Both the position numbers and the translations under genes were made by a program. A DNA stretch of 64,000 nucleotides, from positions 43,772,001 to 43,836,000 of the forward strand of contig CM075983.1 in assembly GCA_038087875.1 (NCBI GenBank), given 5' to 3'. Shown here piece after piece: positions 1 to 12,358 of this stretch; within the stretch, counting starts at the first letter, position 1; each line of letters begins with the position of its first letter. The notes below the pieces were generated by a model. It saw nothing but the letters and a program-made list of their open reading frames with translations, searched no databases and was not told the origin of the DNA. The DNA is from Malacoraja senta. Its lineage: Eukaryota.

Positions 1-227
1 CACACACTAGTTTTATCCCACACACTGCTGATGATTTATAGAAGCCAATTCACCTACAAACCTGCACGTCTTTAGAATGTGGTCGTAAACCAGAGCACCC
101 GTAACAAACTCAAGTGGTCACAGGAAGAACGTACAAACTCCGTACAGACAGCACCCAAGATTAGGATTGAACCCGGGTCTCTGGTGCTGTGAGGCAGCAA
201 CTCTACCGCTGCTCCACCGTGCCACCC
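1..227 (-). mobile_element. HE1-like V-SINE, cut by window edge
   Basis: Reverse complement of tRNA-like head (A box, B box GGTTCAATCC) and V-domain. Confidence 0.85.
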
Positions 228-729
228 GTAATAAAAGCTGACCCAGCTAGAAATGTCCTCATCCCATGAATGATTAAAGAAAAAGCAAACGGATAAGGCA
301 GAATGTCCAGGCTGCTAAGGAAGCATATCTCTGGTGAAATTGGAGCTTATTACTAACATGACTGATTAAGACAAGCAAATACCCGTGGCCAAATATTAGA
401 AATAAAACCACTAAGAGTATTCAGCAGCTCATTCCCACAGAGAAGTAAAGTTGGCGATTCGAGACTTGTGATCATATTCAAAGCCTGCAAGGGATCATAT
501 TTTTGATGAAGGAAGTGAAAGTAATTCTAGGGGTAAAGTCATGGTAGTCTAAGGATTTAAGGTGATTTGCAAAAGAATCAGAGCTCGTAATAGGGAACTT
601 TTTTTTTGTGCAGTAGGATTTTGTGATCGGGGTCACGCTTCCTGGTAAGGAAGATACAAGCCGATTCAAGGGGCAATTGGTCTGATTGCCAAGAAAGACC
701 AGGAGAGTGGGAATATTAGCTGGCAATAA

Positions 730-1090
730 CATTATGAGAGACATAGATAAGGTAGACAGTCAGAACTTTATTCCCAGAGTGGAAATGCCGAAGACTAGAG
801 GGCATAAGCTTTAAGGTGAGAGGGGCAAAGTTTACATGAGATGTGTGGGGCGAGTTTTTTTACACAGATGGTGGTGAGTGCCTGGAATACGCTGCCAGAG
901 TTGGTGGTGGAGGCAGATACAATAGTGACTTTTATGAAGCTAGTAGATAAGCACATTGATATGCAGCGAATGGAGGGATATGGTCCATGTGCAGGAAAAT
1001 GAGATGAAATTTATCTTGCATCATGTTCGGGTCAGACATTATGGGCTGAAGGGCATGTTTACGTGCTATAATTTTTTATGTTATGTTCTG
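730..1090 (+). mobile_element. CR1/HER1-type LINE 3' fragment
   Basis: Typical CR1 3' sequence (actagagggcat...tttttacacagatggtggtgagtgcctggaa) and tail shared with the SINE. Confidence 0.8.
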
Positions 1091-1312
1091 AGAGTAACCA
1101 TCTGACAATCACAGTGGCCTCTTTCTGTGCAATCAGATGCTATGAACCTTCACGATTCTATATGCAGCATCTAAAATTATAATCTGTGTTTAACTTGTGC
1201 TCTAACACCAGACAATGGCACAAGTTCTGTTTTAGAGAATTTACATTTAGATGTTACAACAAGGAATCAGAGGCTTGATTAAAGACGCCAATTTGTTCTT
1301 TTAAAAATAAAT

Positions 1313-1615
1313 GGGCGTGACACAGTTGTGCAGTGGTAGAGTTGCTGCCTTACTGCCTGACTATGTTCGATCCTGACTACGGGTGCTGTCTGTGCAGAGT
1401 TTGTATGACTTCTCTGTGTCTGCGTGGGTTTTATCCGGGTGCTCCGGTTTCCTCACACATTCCAAAGACGTAGAGATTTGTAGGTTAATTGGCTTCTGTA
1501 AATTGTAAATTGTCCCAAATGTGTAGGATAGTGCTAGTGTACGGGGTGATCTCTGGGGGGGGGGGGGGGGGGTGGGGAGAGAACCTATTTCCACACTGTA
1601 TAACTAGAGTCTTAA
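1313..1615 (+). mobile_element. HE1-like V-SINE
   Basis: tRNA-like head with B box GTTCGATCC; V-domain gcgtgggttttatccgggtgctccggtttcctc. Confidence 0.85.
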
Positions 1616-2282
1616 ATTTAAAGGTCACTTTTATAAAGCATTTTGGAGCAGGGAGGAAGGTTTACAGAGAGAGTTTCAGTGCTCAGCCTTAGGCAGTTGA
1701 ACGCACCGCTGTCTACGTTGGAGCCATTTAAAATTAGTGATGACATTTCCATTTGCATATTTATACTTAATGATTTATAATGTGTAATTATATATTTACT
1801 CCTAATAAATTTACATAGTCTATTCTTCGTTTGTACATGTTTGATTTCAGCTCATTGCTAATTCAATTTCTTTGCGAGTGAATAGACTTTTTTGACTTGT
1901 AAGCAGACTAAATAAATCTCTGTAAATTGCTACAATTATACAATTTGTTATATTTAGCTTTATATTACACATATTACACAAAACACGAGGCATCCTAAAT
2001 CTGTCTGTAATGGGAAAAAATGACATGGTACATATTCTATTGATTCACTTACCCGGTAAGTAACCTGACCATTCTCATCACCTGAGTTATGATTCGTACA
2101 GACAACGATTGAGACGATTGCATGTTCAGCTGCATATTATTTATACTTCTACTGGCTCCAGTTCCCAGTGTTAAATCTGTCTAAGCGGCCCCTCCCGTTT
2201 CAATGCTATGCAGGTTTATAGGTCATTTGGCCATCTGTAAATTGTCCCTAGTGTGTTGGGAGTGGATACGAGAGTGGGATAA

Positions 2283-2432
2283 AAGAGAAAGCACAAAGGG
2301 CTGGAGTAACTCAGCGGGTCACACAGCATGTTTGGAGAACATGGATAGGTGACGTTTCCCTTCTTCAGTGGCTGCCTGACCCGCTGAGTTGCTCCAGCAC
2401 TTTGGAAATCAGCATCTGCAGTTCCTTGTGTC
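2283..2432. mobile_element. Penelope-derived fold-back insertion inside a SINE
   Basis: Inverted arms gctggagtaactcagcgggtca / tgacccgctgagttgctccagc; 8-bp TSD TGGGATAA at 2275-2282 and 2433-2440. Confidence 0.8.
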
Positions 2433-2867
2433 TGGGATAACATCGAACTAGTGCGAATGGTGATCGATGGTCAGCATGGACTTGGTGGGCTGAAGGGTCT
2501 GTTTCCAAACTGAATCTTTCAAATCAATTCAATTAATTTCAATTCAATTCAATTCAATTATTTGTGTGATATAATTATTGAATGCATGTCCCTAATTGTC
2601 CATGGAAATTGGTTGTCATGGGCAGTTTTGTACAACTGAGTGGCTTGCTAGATTATTGCAGGTAAGAGTTAACTTCAGTGATGTATGTCTAGAGGTACTT
2701 TACATATGGGCCAGACTGAGTCAAGAGCGATTTCCGTCTCTAAAGAACCTTCATGAACCAAATGGGGTTCACGTGAATGACCAGCACTGATTGCAGATCA
2801 TTCGATCAACTTAACTTAAATAAGCACCATAGTAAGATTTGACAGCATGTCACCAAATCATTAGCGC

Positions 2868-3123
2868 AAAACAGTACTGGAGGAACTCAGCAGGTTAGGC
2901 AGCATCTGTGGGGGGGAATGGACAGACGATGTTTCAAGTCGGGACACTTCTTCAGTCTGAAGACGAGTTCTAACCCTCAATGTTGTTGTGATCAGTCTGA
3001 CAAAGGGTCCTGACTGGAATCGTCATCTGTCCATTCCCTCCAAAATGCTACCTGGCCCGCTGAGATCTTCCAGCATGTCACGTTGTACTCAAGATTTCAG
3101 CATCTGCAGTCTCTTATGCCTCC
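2868..3123. mobile_element. Penelope-derived fold-back with degenerate hammerhead motifs
   Basis: Two inverted copies of the Penelope terminal sequence meeting at ttcagtctgaaga. Confidence 0.7.
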
Positions 3124-3284
3124 ATTCAACAAATAATTAGTTAAGACCCCTGAACTGAGAATCTAACAGCATAACTATCATGTACTCATTCCATCTATAT
3201 ACAGGTAGAATCATAGAGCTGTAGACCAATGCAGCACAGAAACAGGCTCTTCAGCCCATCATCTCTATGTTGCCTATCAACATA

Positions 3285-3615
3285 GGGTCGGCACAGTGGC
3301 GTAGCGGTCAAGTTGCTGTTTTACCCAGAGACCAGGGTTAAAACTTACCCGGGTCTTACCCAGAGACCTGGATTAATTCCTGACTACAGGTTCTGTCTGT
3401 ATGGAGTTCGTATGTTCTTCCTTTAATTGCGCGGGATTTCTCTGGGTGCTCCAGTTCCCACCCACACTCCAAAGACTACAGGTTAATTTGTAGGTTAATT
3501 AGTTGTAAACTTGTCCCTAGTGTATGTGGGTTAGTGTATAGGCACCACTGGTCGGCACGGACTTGGTGGGCCGAAGGGCCTGTTTCTGTGCCATACCTCT
3601 AAAGTCTAAAGTCTA
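3285..3615 (+). mobile_element. HE1-like V-SINE
   Basis: Head, V-domain, (ctaaagt)n tail. Confidence 0.85.
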
Positions 3616-3844
3616 CAAGTAAAAGAGCATATCTATATTAATCCCATTTACCAGCATTTGGTCCAAAGTATTCTATATCACCCTGTGCTATGATACAGAT
3701 ACCAGCCACCCTTTGGATGAAAAAGTCCTTCTACAAATCCCCTCTAAATAACCTGTTAATAAACATCAGGATCAAATGAGAGAAAAAGTAGAATCCCCTT
3801 TAGTCCCTGATCTGAGCGTCAGCCTCCATTAAGTGCCGAGCCCT

Positions 3845-4137
3845 CTTTAGACTTTAAACTTTAGAGATACAGCGTGGGAACAGGCTCTTTGGACCACTGA
3901 GTCCGCGCCGACCAGCGGCCATCCCATACCCTGGGACTATCCTACACACTAGGGACAATTTCAAATTTTACCAAAGCGAATAAATCTACACGTCTTTGGA
4001 GTGTGGGAGGAAACTGGAGCACTCGGAGAAAACCCACGTGGGAGAACATAGAAACTCTGTACAGGCAGCACCCGTAGTCAGGATTGAACCAGGGTCTCTG
4101 ACTCTGTAAGGCAAGAACTCTACTGCTGTGCTGCCTC
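3845..4137 (-). mobile_element. HE1-like V-SINE
   Basis: Near full-length reverse copy. Confidence 0.85.
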
Positions 4138-4676
4138 TTGTGTGGGGTTCCAACCCAAAGATCCATTCTGCAGAGTTGAGAGCCATTGACATAAATCAAG
4201 GCTGATGCTGCCTGGAACAATGACAGATATTGTTGGCGAGGCTTTAAATGATGAAACTTGGTGATTGTGCCTGGAATCTATCAGTTCAGAACAGACCATT
4301 ATAAATGGATGCATGTTATTCCCGTGCACAGAGGCAGCAAGGAAAACACAGTGCATTACATTGACTACACCAGGCTCAGTAAGATCTATAAGTACACCAT
4401 AAGGAAAAAAAAGATTTTAGAAGCACGTAAAATAGTCATAGAGTTATAGAGTCATATAGTGTGGAAACAGGCCGATCGGCCCAACTTGCCCACGCTGACC
4501 AACGTGCCCCATCTACACTGGTCCCACCTGTAGACCATGCTTGACCCATAACCCAGTAAACCTATCCTAACTATGTACCTGTCCAAATGTCTCTTAAATG
4601 TTTTAAACAATGTTCTAGATTCTAAAGATAGAATTTTGAAGCCATGTAAAATATTTTACCAGCAATTTTTGTTCTT

Positions 4677-5385
4677 GTATAGGAAGGAACTGCAGATGCT
4701 GGTTTATACCAAAGATAGACACAAAATGCTCAACGGGTCAGGTAGCATCTCTGGAGAAAAGGAATAGGTGAGGTTTTGGGTCGGAATCCTTCAGGGTTTT
4801 TTTCTTTATTGGAGAATACACCACCACAGACAAAGAAGTCGGAAAGGAGTAAAGGGATCCCACCAGTATTCACATCTTCCCATCTTCACCCTTTTCCACT
4901 TTTGGCAGAGATTGTTCCTTCCTTCAGCAACTCCTTGGCTCACTCATCCCATCCCACCCAACCCACCCCGTCCCCAGGTACTTTTTCCTGCAACCACAAG
5001 AGATGCAGCCACTGTCTCTTTCCCTCCTCCCTTGCCTTCATCCAGGGACCACCGCAGTCCTTCCAGGTGAGACAGAGGTTTCCGTGCACCTTCTCTAACC
5101 GCACCTACTGCATCTGGTATTCCTAATGTAGGCTGCTGTACATCGGTAAAACCAAGCGTAGACTCAACATTGTTTCGCTGAACACTTATCGTCAAGGGCT
5201 ATGGGATCTCCCGTTTGCTAACCATTTAAACTCCCCTTCCCAATCCCACACTGAACTTTCTGTCCTGGGCCTCCTCCATTGCCAGAGTGAGGCCACACGC
5301 AAACTGGAGGAACAGCACCTCATATTCCGCTTGGGGAGCTTACAACCCAGTGGTATGAACATTGAATTCTCCAATTTTAGATATT
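4677..5385 (+). mobile_element. Penelope-like retroelement remnant (GIY-YIG region) preceded by an inverted terminal segment
   Basis: ORF 4776-5126 encodes PGTFSCNHKRCSHC...IQGPPQSFQVRQRFPCT..YCI, homologous to ORF 58645-59055; 4677-4795 is the inverted terminal repeat. Confidence 0.85.
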
Positions 5386-5478
5386 CAACTTTTCACAAAC
5401 CACTCTCCTCCTCTCTCAATCCCCCCCTCCCCCCACCCTTCCCCTGTGCCCCACCTGCGGGTGGTAAACCATTCCCTC

Positions 5479-5795
5479 TCAGCGGCAGAGACTGGGGTTC
5501 GATCCTGACCTCGGGTGCTGTCTGTGTGGAGTTTTCCCATTCTCCCTGTGACCATGTGGGTGTCCTCTCTGTGCTCCAGTTTCCTCCCACATCCCAGAGA
5601 CGTGCAGGTTTGTAGCTTAATTGCCACTAGTGTGTAGGAGAGTGGTAGAATCTGGAGAGAGATGATGGCAATATGGGGAGAATTAAATTGGATTTGATTC
5701 AGGTAGGACTAATGTAAAAAATGAGTAGGTAATGGTCATTGTGGACATGATGGGCCGAAGGGCCTGATTCCATGCTGTAACTCTCTATGACTTTG
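5479..5795 (+). mobile_element. V-SINE, diverged
   Basis: B box GGTTCGATCC, V-domain, LINE-type tail. Confidence 0.75.
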
Positions 5796-5800
5796 ACTTA

Positions 5801-6596
5801 TGGGCCTGTCCCACTTAGGCGACTTTTTAGGCGACTGCAGGAGACTATGCAGTCGCCACATGGTCGCCACATGTTCTCGCGGGTGGTTGCCGGGGAGCCG
5901 CCTTCATGGTCGTGAGGAGTTCCCACATTCTGGGAACTAGTCGCGGCCTTATTATGGTTGCCGTGAATTTTTCAACATGTTGAAAAATTAGCGGCGACTA
6001 GAATTAAGCCGCCATGGAGAGTAGCGAGAATTCTCGAGCCGTAGGTGGGTCGCCAGGAGGTCCTAATGGATTTCCAGGAGGTCAAAGGTTCTCGGAGGTT
6101 CTCGTAGGTTGTAGCCGGTGCTGACCGGTGAATTTTATTGGCTCATTGGGGATAAAAAGGTAAGCAGTAGTTTTCAAAACCAAGGATAACCGACTGGCAA
6201 TGTTAATATCCGCCGTGCTTCACAGCCGTGTATCTCTGGCTTCTTAAAAGTTATCTCCACTCCTTCTCCCCCGTTCTCTCTCCTCTCCCCCCTCTCCCCC
6301 CTCTTTTAAAGGACTTACCGTACACTATGGTTTAGCTGTCTTTTTACAGCGCCAACCTTCCTGTTCATCGTGGTGTGTGTCTGTTTCACCATGGCTTAGC
6401 ACTGTGTGAATTGTTTAGATAGCGCTCCCCCCACTTGCCCTGTCCCCCACCTGCATAACGGGCTGGTGAAGGAAACGATGTGTTTGTGTGTGTGTTCCAC
6501 TCTGACAGTCGCCGTTCCAGTTGCCGGCTTTTCAGGCGACTGCCGGCGACTTGACAGTCACCGGCAGTCCGCTGAAAAATCGCCTAAGTAGGCCCA
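5801..6596. mobile_element. Non-autonomous PIF/Harbinger-type element
   Basis: TIR TGGGCCTGTCCCACTTAGGCGA; right TIR tcgcctaagt-aggccca lacks 5 bp; flanks TTA (5798-5800) and TAA (6597-6599). Confidence 0.8.
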
Positions 6597-6794
6597 TAAG
6601 TGATACCCTGTGAGTAGAATTGAAAAGCAGAGGGGTCATGTTCAACTTAAATTGAATCTTGGGAACAACAGAAAACCAAACACATTTAGGGGTTCTACAC
6701 TAGGAAAGTTTTCGACGTACTTCAGAGGTGCAAAAGGACAAACACAAGGATGACGCCAGTACCAAAGAGTTTCAACATCAGTATTGTAGGACTA

Positions 6795-7090
6795 CGGCCT
6801 CATAGCGCGAGAGAAACAAGTTTGATCCTGACCTCAGGTGCTGCCTGTGTGGAGTTTGCACGTTCTCCCTGTGACCACATGGGTTTCCTCTGGGTGCTCA
6901 GGTTTACCTCCACATCCCAAAGATGTGCGGGTTTGTAGGTTAATTGGGCCTCTGCATACTGCCCCCTTGTGTGTAGGGAGTGGATGAGAAAGTGGGATAA
7001 CATAGAACTGGTGTGAACGGGTGATCGATGGTTGGCGTGGACACTGTGGGCCGAGGTGCCTGTTTTCCATGCTGTATCTCTAAACCAAAC
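6795..7090 (+). mobile_element. V-SINE (subfamily with gagtggatgagaaagtgggataacatagaact 3' segment)
   Basis: V-domain and tail. Confidence 0.85.
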
Positions 7091-7379
7091 AAGTCTGCAT
7101 GTCCTACTCCATCTCTAGACAAGAGAGGACTCAATAAGATTTAAGCTAAAAGGATATACATACATGGGAACATAGATCTCATGTGGAGTACGCACGCCAA
7201 CATGCCAACGTAGATTTAAATTAGTTAGCAATAAATGTGGTGGGGAATTCAAGCAAGATTACTTTACACAGGGCATCATTTAAAATATTGCCACAGAATA
7301 TTTTAAGTCTATTTTGGAGATTGTGGGGGTGCACAATTTAACATTTGATTGGGATGACGTTACCCCCAACACAGCTGTG

Positions 7380-7500
7380 TTGCCTCAAAGTACTGCACTA
7401 GAATGTCAGTCGTGGTTTTTGTGCACGTCCCAGTAGTCCCAGGAGTGGGATTTGAACCTACGACCTGCTGGTTTGGAGACATGAATGCAATCAGCCACCT
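7380..7500 (-). mobile_element. Old tRNA-derived SINE head, SacSINE1/DeuSINE-like
   Basis: Reverse strand reads ggttcaaatcccactcc...gcacaaaaaccacgactgacattctagtgcagtact; recalled resemblance to the dogfish DeuSINE 5' region. Confidence 0.5.
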
Positions 7501-7940
7501 GTGAGGAGTCAAAGCACAATGAAACATAAGAAATATGATGCTTCAGAAGAAGCAATAGGCAAAGAATAGAGGGCAGTTATTAGCCTGGGAGTCGGAAGCA
7601 AGTTTCAACTTGGACGAGCTAATATCCCATCAGAGGGAAAATGGTCTGATGGTTTACTGTTTGGGAAATTCACAAGGGAACAGCATGCAATGCTGAATAG
7701 AGAACAAAGCAAGAACATCAATGAGTTGCTTAGCCGCAAGGTGTCCACTTTCCATTCCTGAGACCAAACACAATGTACTGGAAGAATTCAATGGGTCAGA
7801 TAGCATCTGTGGAAGGAATGGATAGGAGATATTTCAGTCCCGTCAAGCTGATTATTCCAATTAGTCTGAAGAAGGATCCTGACTCAAAATGTTACATGTC
7901 CTTTCCATTCACGGATACTGCCTGTGCCGCTGAATTCCTC

Positions 7941-8320
7941 TTGATCTTATAGAGGTGGATGAAATCATGAGAGGAATAGATCGGGGAGACACACAGAGTC
8001 TCTTGCCCAGAGTAGGGGAATCGAGAACCAGAGGACATAGGTTTAAGGCAAGGGAGGGGAACATTTAATGGGAACCTGAGGAGTAACTTTTTCACGCAGT
8101 GGGTGTATGGAACGAGCTGCCGAAGGAAAGAGTAGAGGCAGCTACTATCGCAACGTTTAAGAAACATATAGGCTGATACATGGATAGGACAGGATTAGAG
8201 GGATAAAGGCCAAACACAGGCAGATGGGACTAGTGTAGATGGGACATGTTGGTCGGTGTGGGCAAGTTGGGTGGAAGGGCCTGTTTCCATGCCGTATGTT
8301 TCCATGACTCTATGACTTTA
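7941..8320 (+). mobile_element. CR1 LINE 3' fragment splitting a Penelope fold-back (7764-7940 and 8322-8380)
   Basis: gatcttatagaggtg...(catgact/tatgact) tail; Penelope arm resumes after it. Confidence 0.8.
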
Positions 8321-9033
8321 AGACTCCAGCACTTTGTCTTTTGCTCAATATTTCAGCATCTGCAGTTCCTTATATCTCCAATCCTGAGAGAATGGGTTCA
8401 GGTCTGTTAGTGAACAATGCCCCATCTCTGAGTCACAAGGAACTGCAGATACTGGAGTGCTGGAGTAACTCTGTGGGTCAGACAGTATCTCTGGAGAACG
8501 TGCATAAGTGGTGTTTCGGGTCGGGACCTTCAGGAAGAAAGGTCATTGTAAGGAATTAAAGGTTTCAGTTCCCCCCTTCATTCCTACCCTCCCTTACCAA
8601 ATATAATGTGGCCACTCTGTGGAACGGTAGAACATTAAGGACAGCAGCAGCTCCGACAGAGTTCAAATCTAATAAGTGGATATAATTTATTGTTGATTAA
8701 AATATAATTAGCAGCTTTGTGAGTCTCCTTAACAAGGGCACACATAGGGCTTGAAGCAAAATATCATGAAAAAAGCAGTGAGAATTTAACAGGGATAGGT
8801 TCGTTACAGTGATTGCAATAAGAAGTCATATTTCATGAAAAGGCACCGTCATTTCATTTAATTTACCTCGGTTATTTGATGTTTTAATTAATTTGATAGC
8901 GGTTCTTCACGTTAGTGAGGTAACTAAACTGGATTTTAGATGTAAATTTCAAAATAAATGAAAGGCATGAAAGAATTGGGTGTGAAGCAGGAACAAAGTA
9001 AGTAGTGGACAACAGCATCAGAATTGTTCACTT

Positions 9034-9321
9034 TTAGTTATAGATACAGCATAGACACAGGCCCTTCGGCCCACCGAGTTTGCACAGACCACCGATCTTG
9101 GTACATTAGCACAATCTCACACACACTAGGGACAATTTACAATTTTTACCAAAGCCAATTAACCTCCAAACCTTTGGAGTGTGGGAGGAAATTGGCGCAC
9201 CCGGGGAAAACCCATGTGGACACGGGGAGAATGAACAAACTCCTTACAGACAGCACCTGATGTCAGGATCAAACCTGGGTCTCTGGTGCTGTAAGGCAAC
9301 AACTCTACCGCTGTGCTGCCC
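9034..9321 (-). mobile_element. HE1-like V-SINE
   Basis: Full reverse copy. Confidence 0.85.
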
Positions 9322-9404
9322 AAGGTCTACAGCAACCAGTGTTCTGAGATATTCTCCCATCCAAGTACAAAGGGAGAAGGAGAAAAAGAATACACGAGTC
9401 ACAT

Positions 9405-9870
9405 GAAATTAGAGAAATCAACCTTCATACCGTTGGGTCAGAAGCTGCCCAAGTGAAATGTGAAGTGCTGTTCCTCGAATTTGTGTGTTGCCTCACTCTG
9501 ACAATGGAGGAGGCCCAGGACAGAAAGGTCAAGAGTCAAGAGAGTCAAGAGTGTTTTATTGTCATATGTCCCAGATAGAACAATGGAATTCTTAAAGGTC
9601 AGTACAGGAATGGGAAGAGGGGTTAAAATGTTTGGTAACGGGGAGATCGCATAGGCCAAGGCGGACTGAGTGCAAGTGTTCAGCGAAACAATTGCCCACG
9701 CTTGGTCTTGCCGATATATAAGAGCCCAAACTAGGAGCACCGGATGCAGCAGATGAGGTTGGAGGAGGTGCATGTAAACCTCTGCCTAACCTGACAATAG
9801 ACGATAATCACAGAGGCATAGAAGAAAAGATGCTTCGGGGTCCCTGGATCAAGTCGAGGGAGGAGATATA
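9405..9870 (-). mobile_element. Penelope GIY-YIG remnant
   Basis: Translations QVRQRFTCTSSNLICCIRCS and LSVLGLLHCQSEATHKFEEQH. Confidence 0.85.
9532..9593 (-). mobile_element. 62-bp non-LTR 3'-tail insertion (Rex1/Babar-type tail)
   Basis: 8-bp TSD AAAGGTCA at 9524-9531 and 9594-9601; same tail at about 60734-60860. Confidence 0.7.
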
Positions 9871-10388
9871 AGGATCTCTTTTCTTTTGTGCCTCTGCGAT
9901 TGGCATTGGCTCTCATTTGGGAGGAATTTCAGACGACCTTTCAGTTCTTCCCAGACACTCACCTGCCATTTTAACCTTTGTCGGTGCCACAAAGGCTTGA
10001 CTTCATGGCCTGTCCCCCCATACCCGGTGCACTTCTGTAGTGACTAAGACACGCAGCTGCACTCTTGCAAAGCTGTCAGACACCATGGGGAATGATCAGT
10101 AAGATCTAAGTTTGCATTCCAATGACAAAATAACAATTAATTAATCTCAAACACCCTTAGCTGAGCTATCCACAGCTGTTACTTTAATGAGAATTTGATT
10201 TGCAAAGGTACAAATTTAACTCGTTAATGAAAAGGTTTAAAGCTAAAAACCATGGGTTGCGGCTCAGGGTGGTATGTCTTGATTAGATAAAGCCTGTCCA
10301 AACCTCATGCTAACACATAGAACATATGTTCAATGATTGTTAAACAGAAAATATAGAAGCAACAACAGACTCTTGAAGAACCTGTGTC

Positions 10389-10678
10389 TAGTTTAGTTTT
10401 GTTCAGTTTAGTGTAGTTTAGAGATACAGAGCCCACCTTTGGCCCACCAAATGCACACTGACCATCGATCCGCTGTTCACACAAGTGGTATGTTATTCCA
10501 CTTTCTTATCTGCTCCCTACATGCTTGGAGCATTTTACAGAGGTCAATTAACCTACAAACCTGCATGCTTTTGGCACTTGGGGGTAAACAGAAAGAACAT
10601 GCAAACTCCACACAGACAGCACCCGTGTTCAGGATTGAACCCGGGTCTCTGGCGCTGTGGGGAAGCAACTCTACCCGC
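10389..10678 (-). mobile_element. V-SINE
   Basis: (tttag)n tail, B box region. Confidence 0.8.
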
Positions 10679-12039
10679 GGCTTATAATTTATAACATCTC
10701 ACAGAATCATAGAGTCATACAGCAGGAAAACAAGATCTTTGTCCATGCGAAGCAAGAAGCTCAATTTTCCAGCAATGGCCTATAGCTGGGTGACCAAAAT
10801 AGACCACGATACTCCAAGTGGGGCCTCACCAAAACCACCTACTTATGTGTCATGCTGGCAAATTGTGCCTTCATTTCTCTGGAATATTTTACTTCATTTG
10901 AAGACAATATGCTGTAAAAACAAGGTGTTGAACATTTTCAGCAGGTCAGGCAGCATGGAGGGTGAAACTAAGTTAATGTTTCAAGCTAATCTTTTGTCAG
11001 AGCTGGAGAAAGTGACATAGAAATACAGAAAATTAAGAGAGGCATCAACAGGGTGGATAGTCAAAATCTTTTCCCTGTGGAAGGGGTATCAAGGCAAGGG
11101 AGAAGGCAGGAGAAAGGGATTGAGAGGGAAAGATAGATCAGCCATGATGGCGGAGTAGACTTGATGGGCTGAATGGCCTAATTCTGCTCCTGTAACATGA
11201 ACTTCATGAGTTATCATAATGGGAGGGGAGTGTGGAGAGATCAAAAGAGCAAATGTGATAAAGACCAAAATTCAGGTGACACATATGCCATTAGCATTGA
11301 CTGGGAGTGGGTAATGAATGCTTTTTAATCATAGCTGTTCTTGTAGTAATTCAAAAATTATTTCCCTTAACAATCGAATTGTCAATAATAGTGACACATG
11401 CAACACCATCCACCTCCTGCATTCAGTAATGATCAAAGCTTCAGTAACTCTATCTATCATTTGTTTTGCAGTCTAATCAAGTGAAGGAAATGGAATGTCT
11501 TTTGATGACACACAAATTAATATAGGTCCCTTCAAACAGAGTCGATGGATCACTTGGACATTCTTGGTTGCATTTGCATTATTTGTTCTCCACTGCTGAC
11601 CGCTGACAAGGCACAGATCGGCCATCGACAGTCATTCAGTGAAGCCCCCTCGATATACAACCTACCTGAAGTGTCATTGATCTTTTCAACTGTGAAATGG
11701 ATGTTATGTACAGAGACTTGCACCTCTCAGCCTCATTAAACACATTCCGCAGCATGTATGACACCATCGCTGTACCATTCACAAGATTAACTGGATATCT
11801 GAGCAGTAAAAAATAATGGAAACTTTGAATCAATAAACATTAGGGAGTTACAATAGTGCATCCATCCAGCTTCACTAGTATTTACTTTATGGTGACAGGA
11901 CTGAAAACTCTAAGCCACAATCATTACGTCGCTGTTGCCTGTATTTTTTTTCATTAAAAACATCTCTTTACGAGGATGTTACCAGGACTTGAGGGTCTGA
12001 GCTATAGGGTAAGGTTGGTCAGGCTGGGACTTTATTCTT

Positions 12040-12358
12040 TAGTCTTTATTTTAGACCTCTAGGCTTACAGATTATACAGAGATACCGCATGGAAACAGGC
12101 CTTTTGGCCCACCGAGTCCATGCCGACAAGCACTATCCTACACACTAGGTACGAATTTACAATTTTTACTGAAGCCAATTAACTTACAAACCTGTACATC
12201 TTGGGAGTGTGTGAGGAAACCGGAGGACCCAGAGGAAACCCATGCAGGTCACAGGGAGAACGTATTAACTCCATACAGACAGCACCCATAGTCAGGATCG
12301 AACCTGGGTATTTGGTGCTGTAAGGCAGCAACTCCATCGCTGCGCCACTGTGCCGCCT
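12040..12358 (-). mobile_element. V-SINE inserted in a CR1 fragment
   Basis: Full reverse copy; CR1 sequence on both sides (11970-12039, 12359-12395). Confidence 0.85.
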
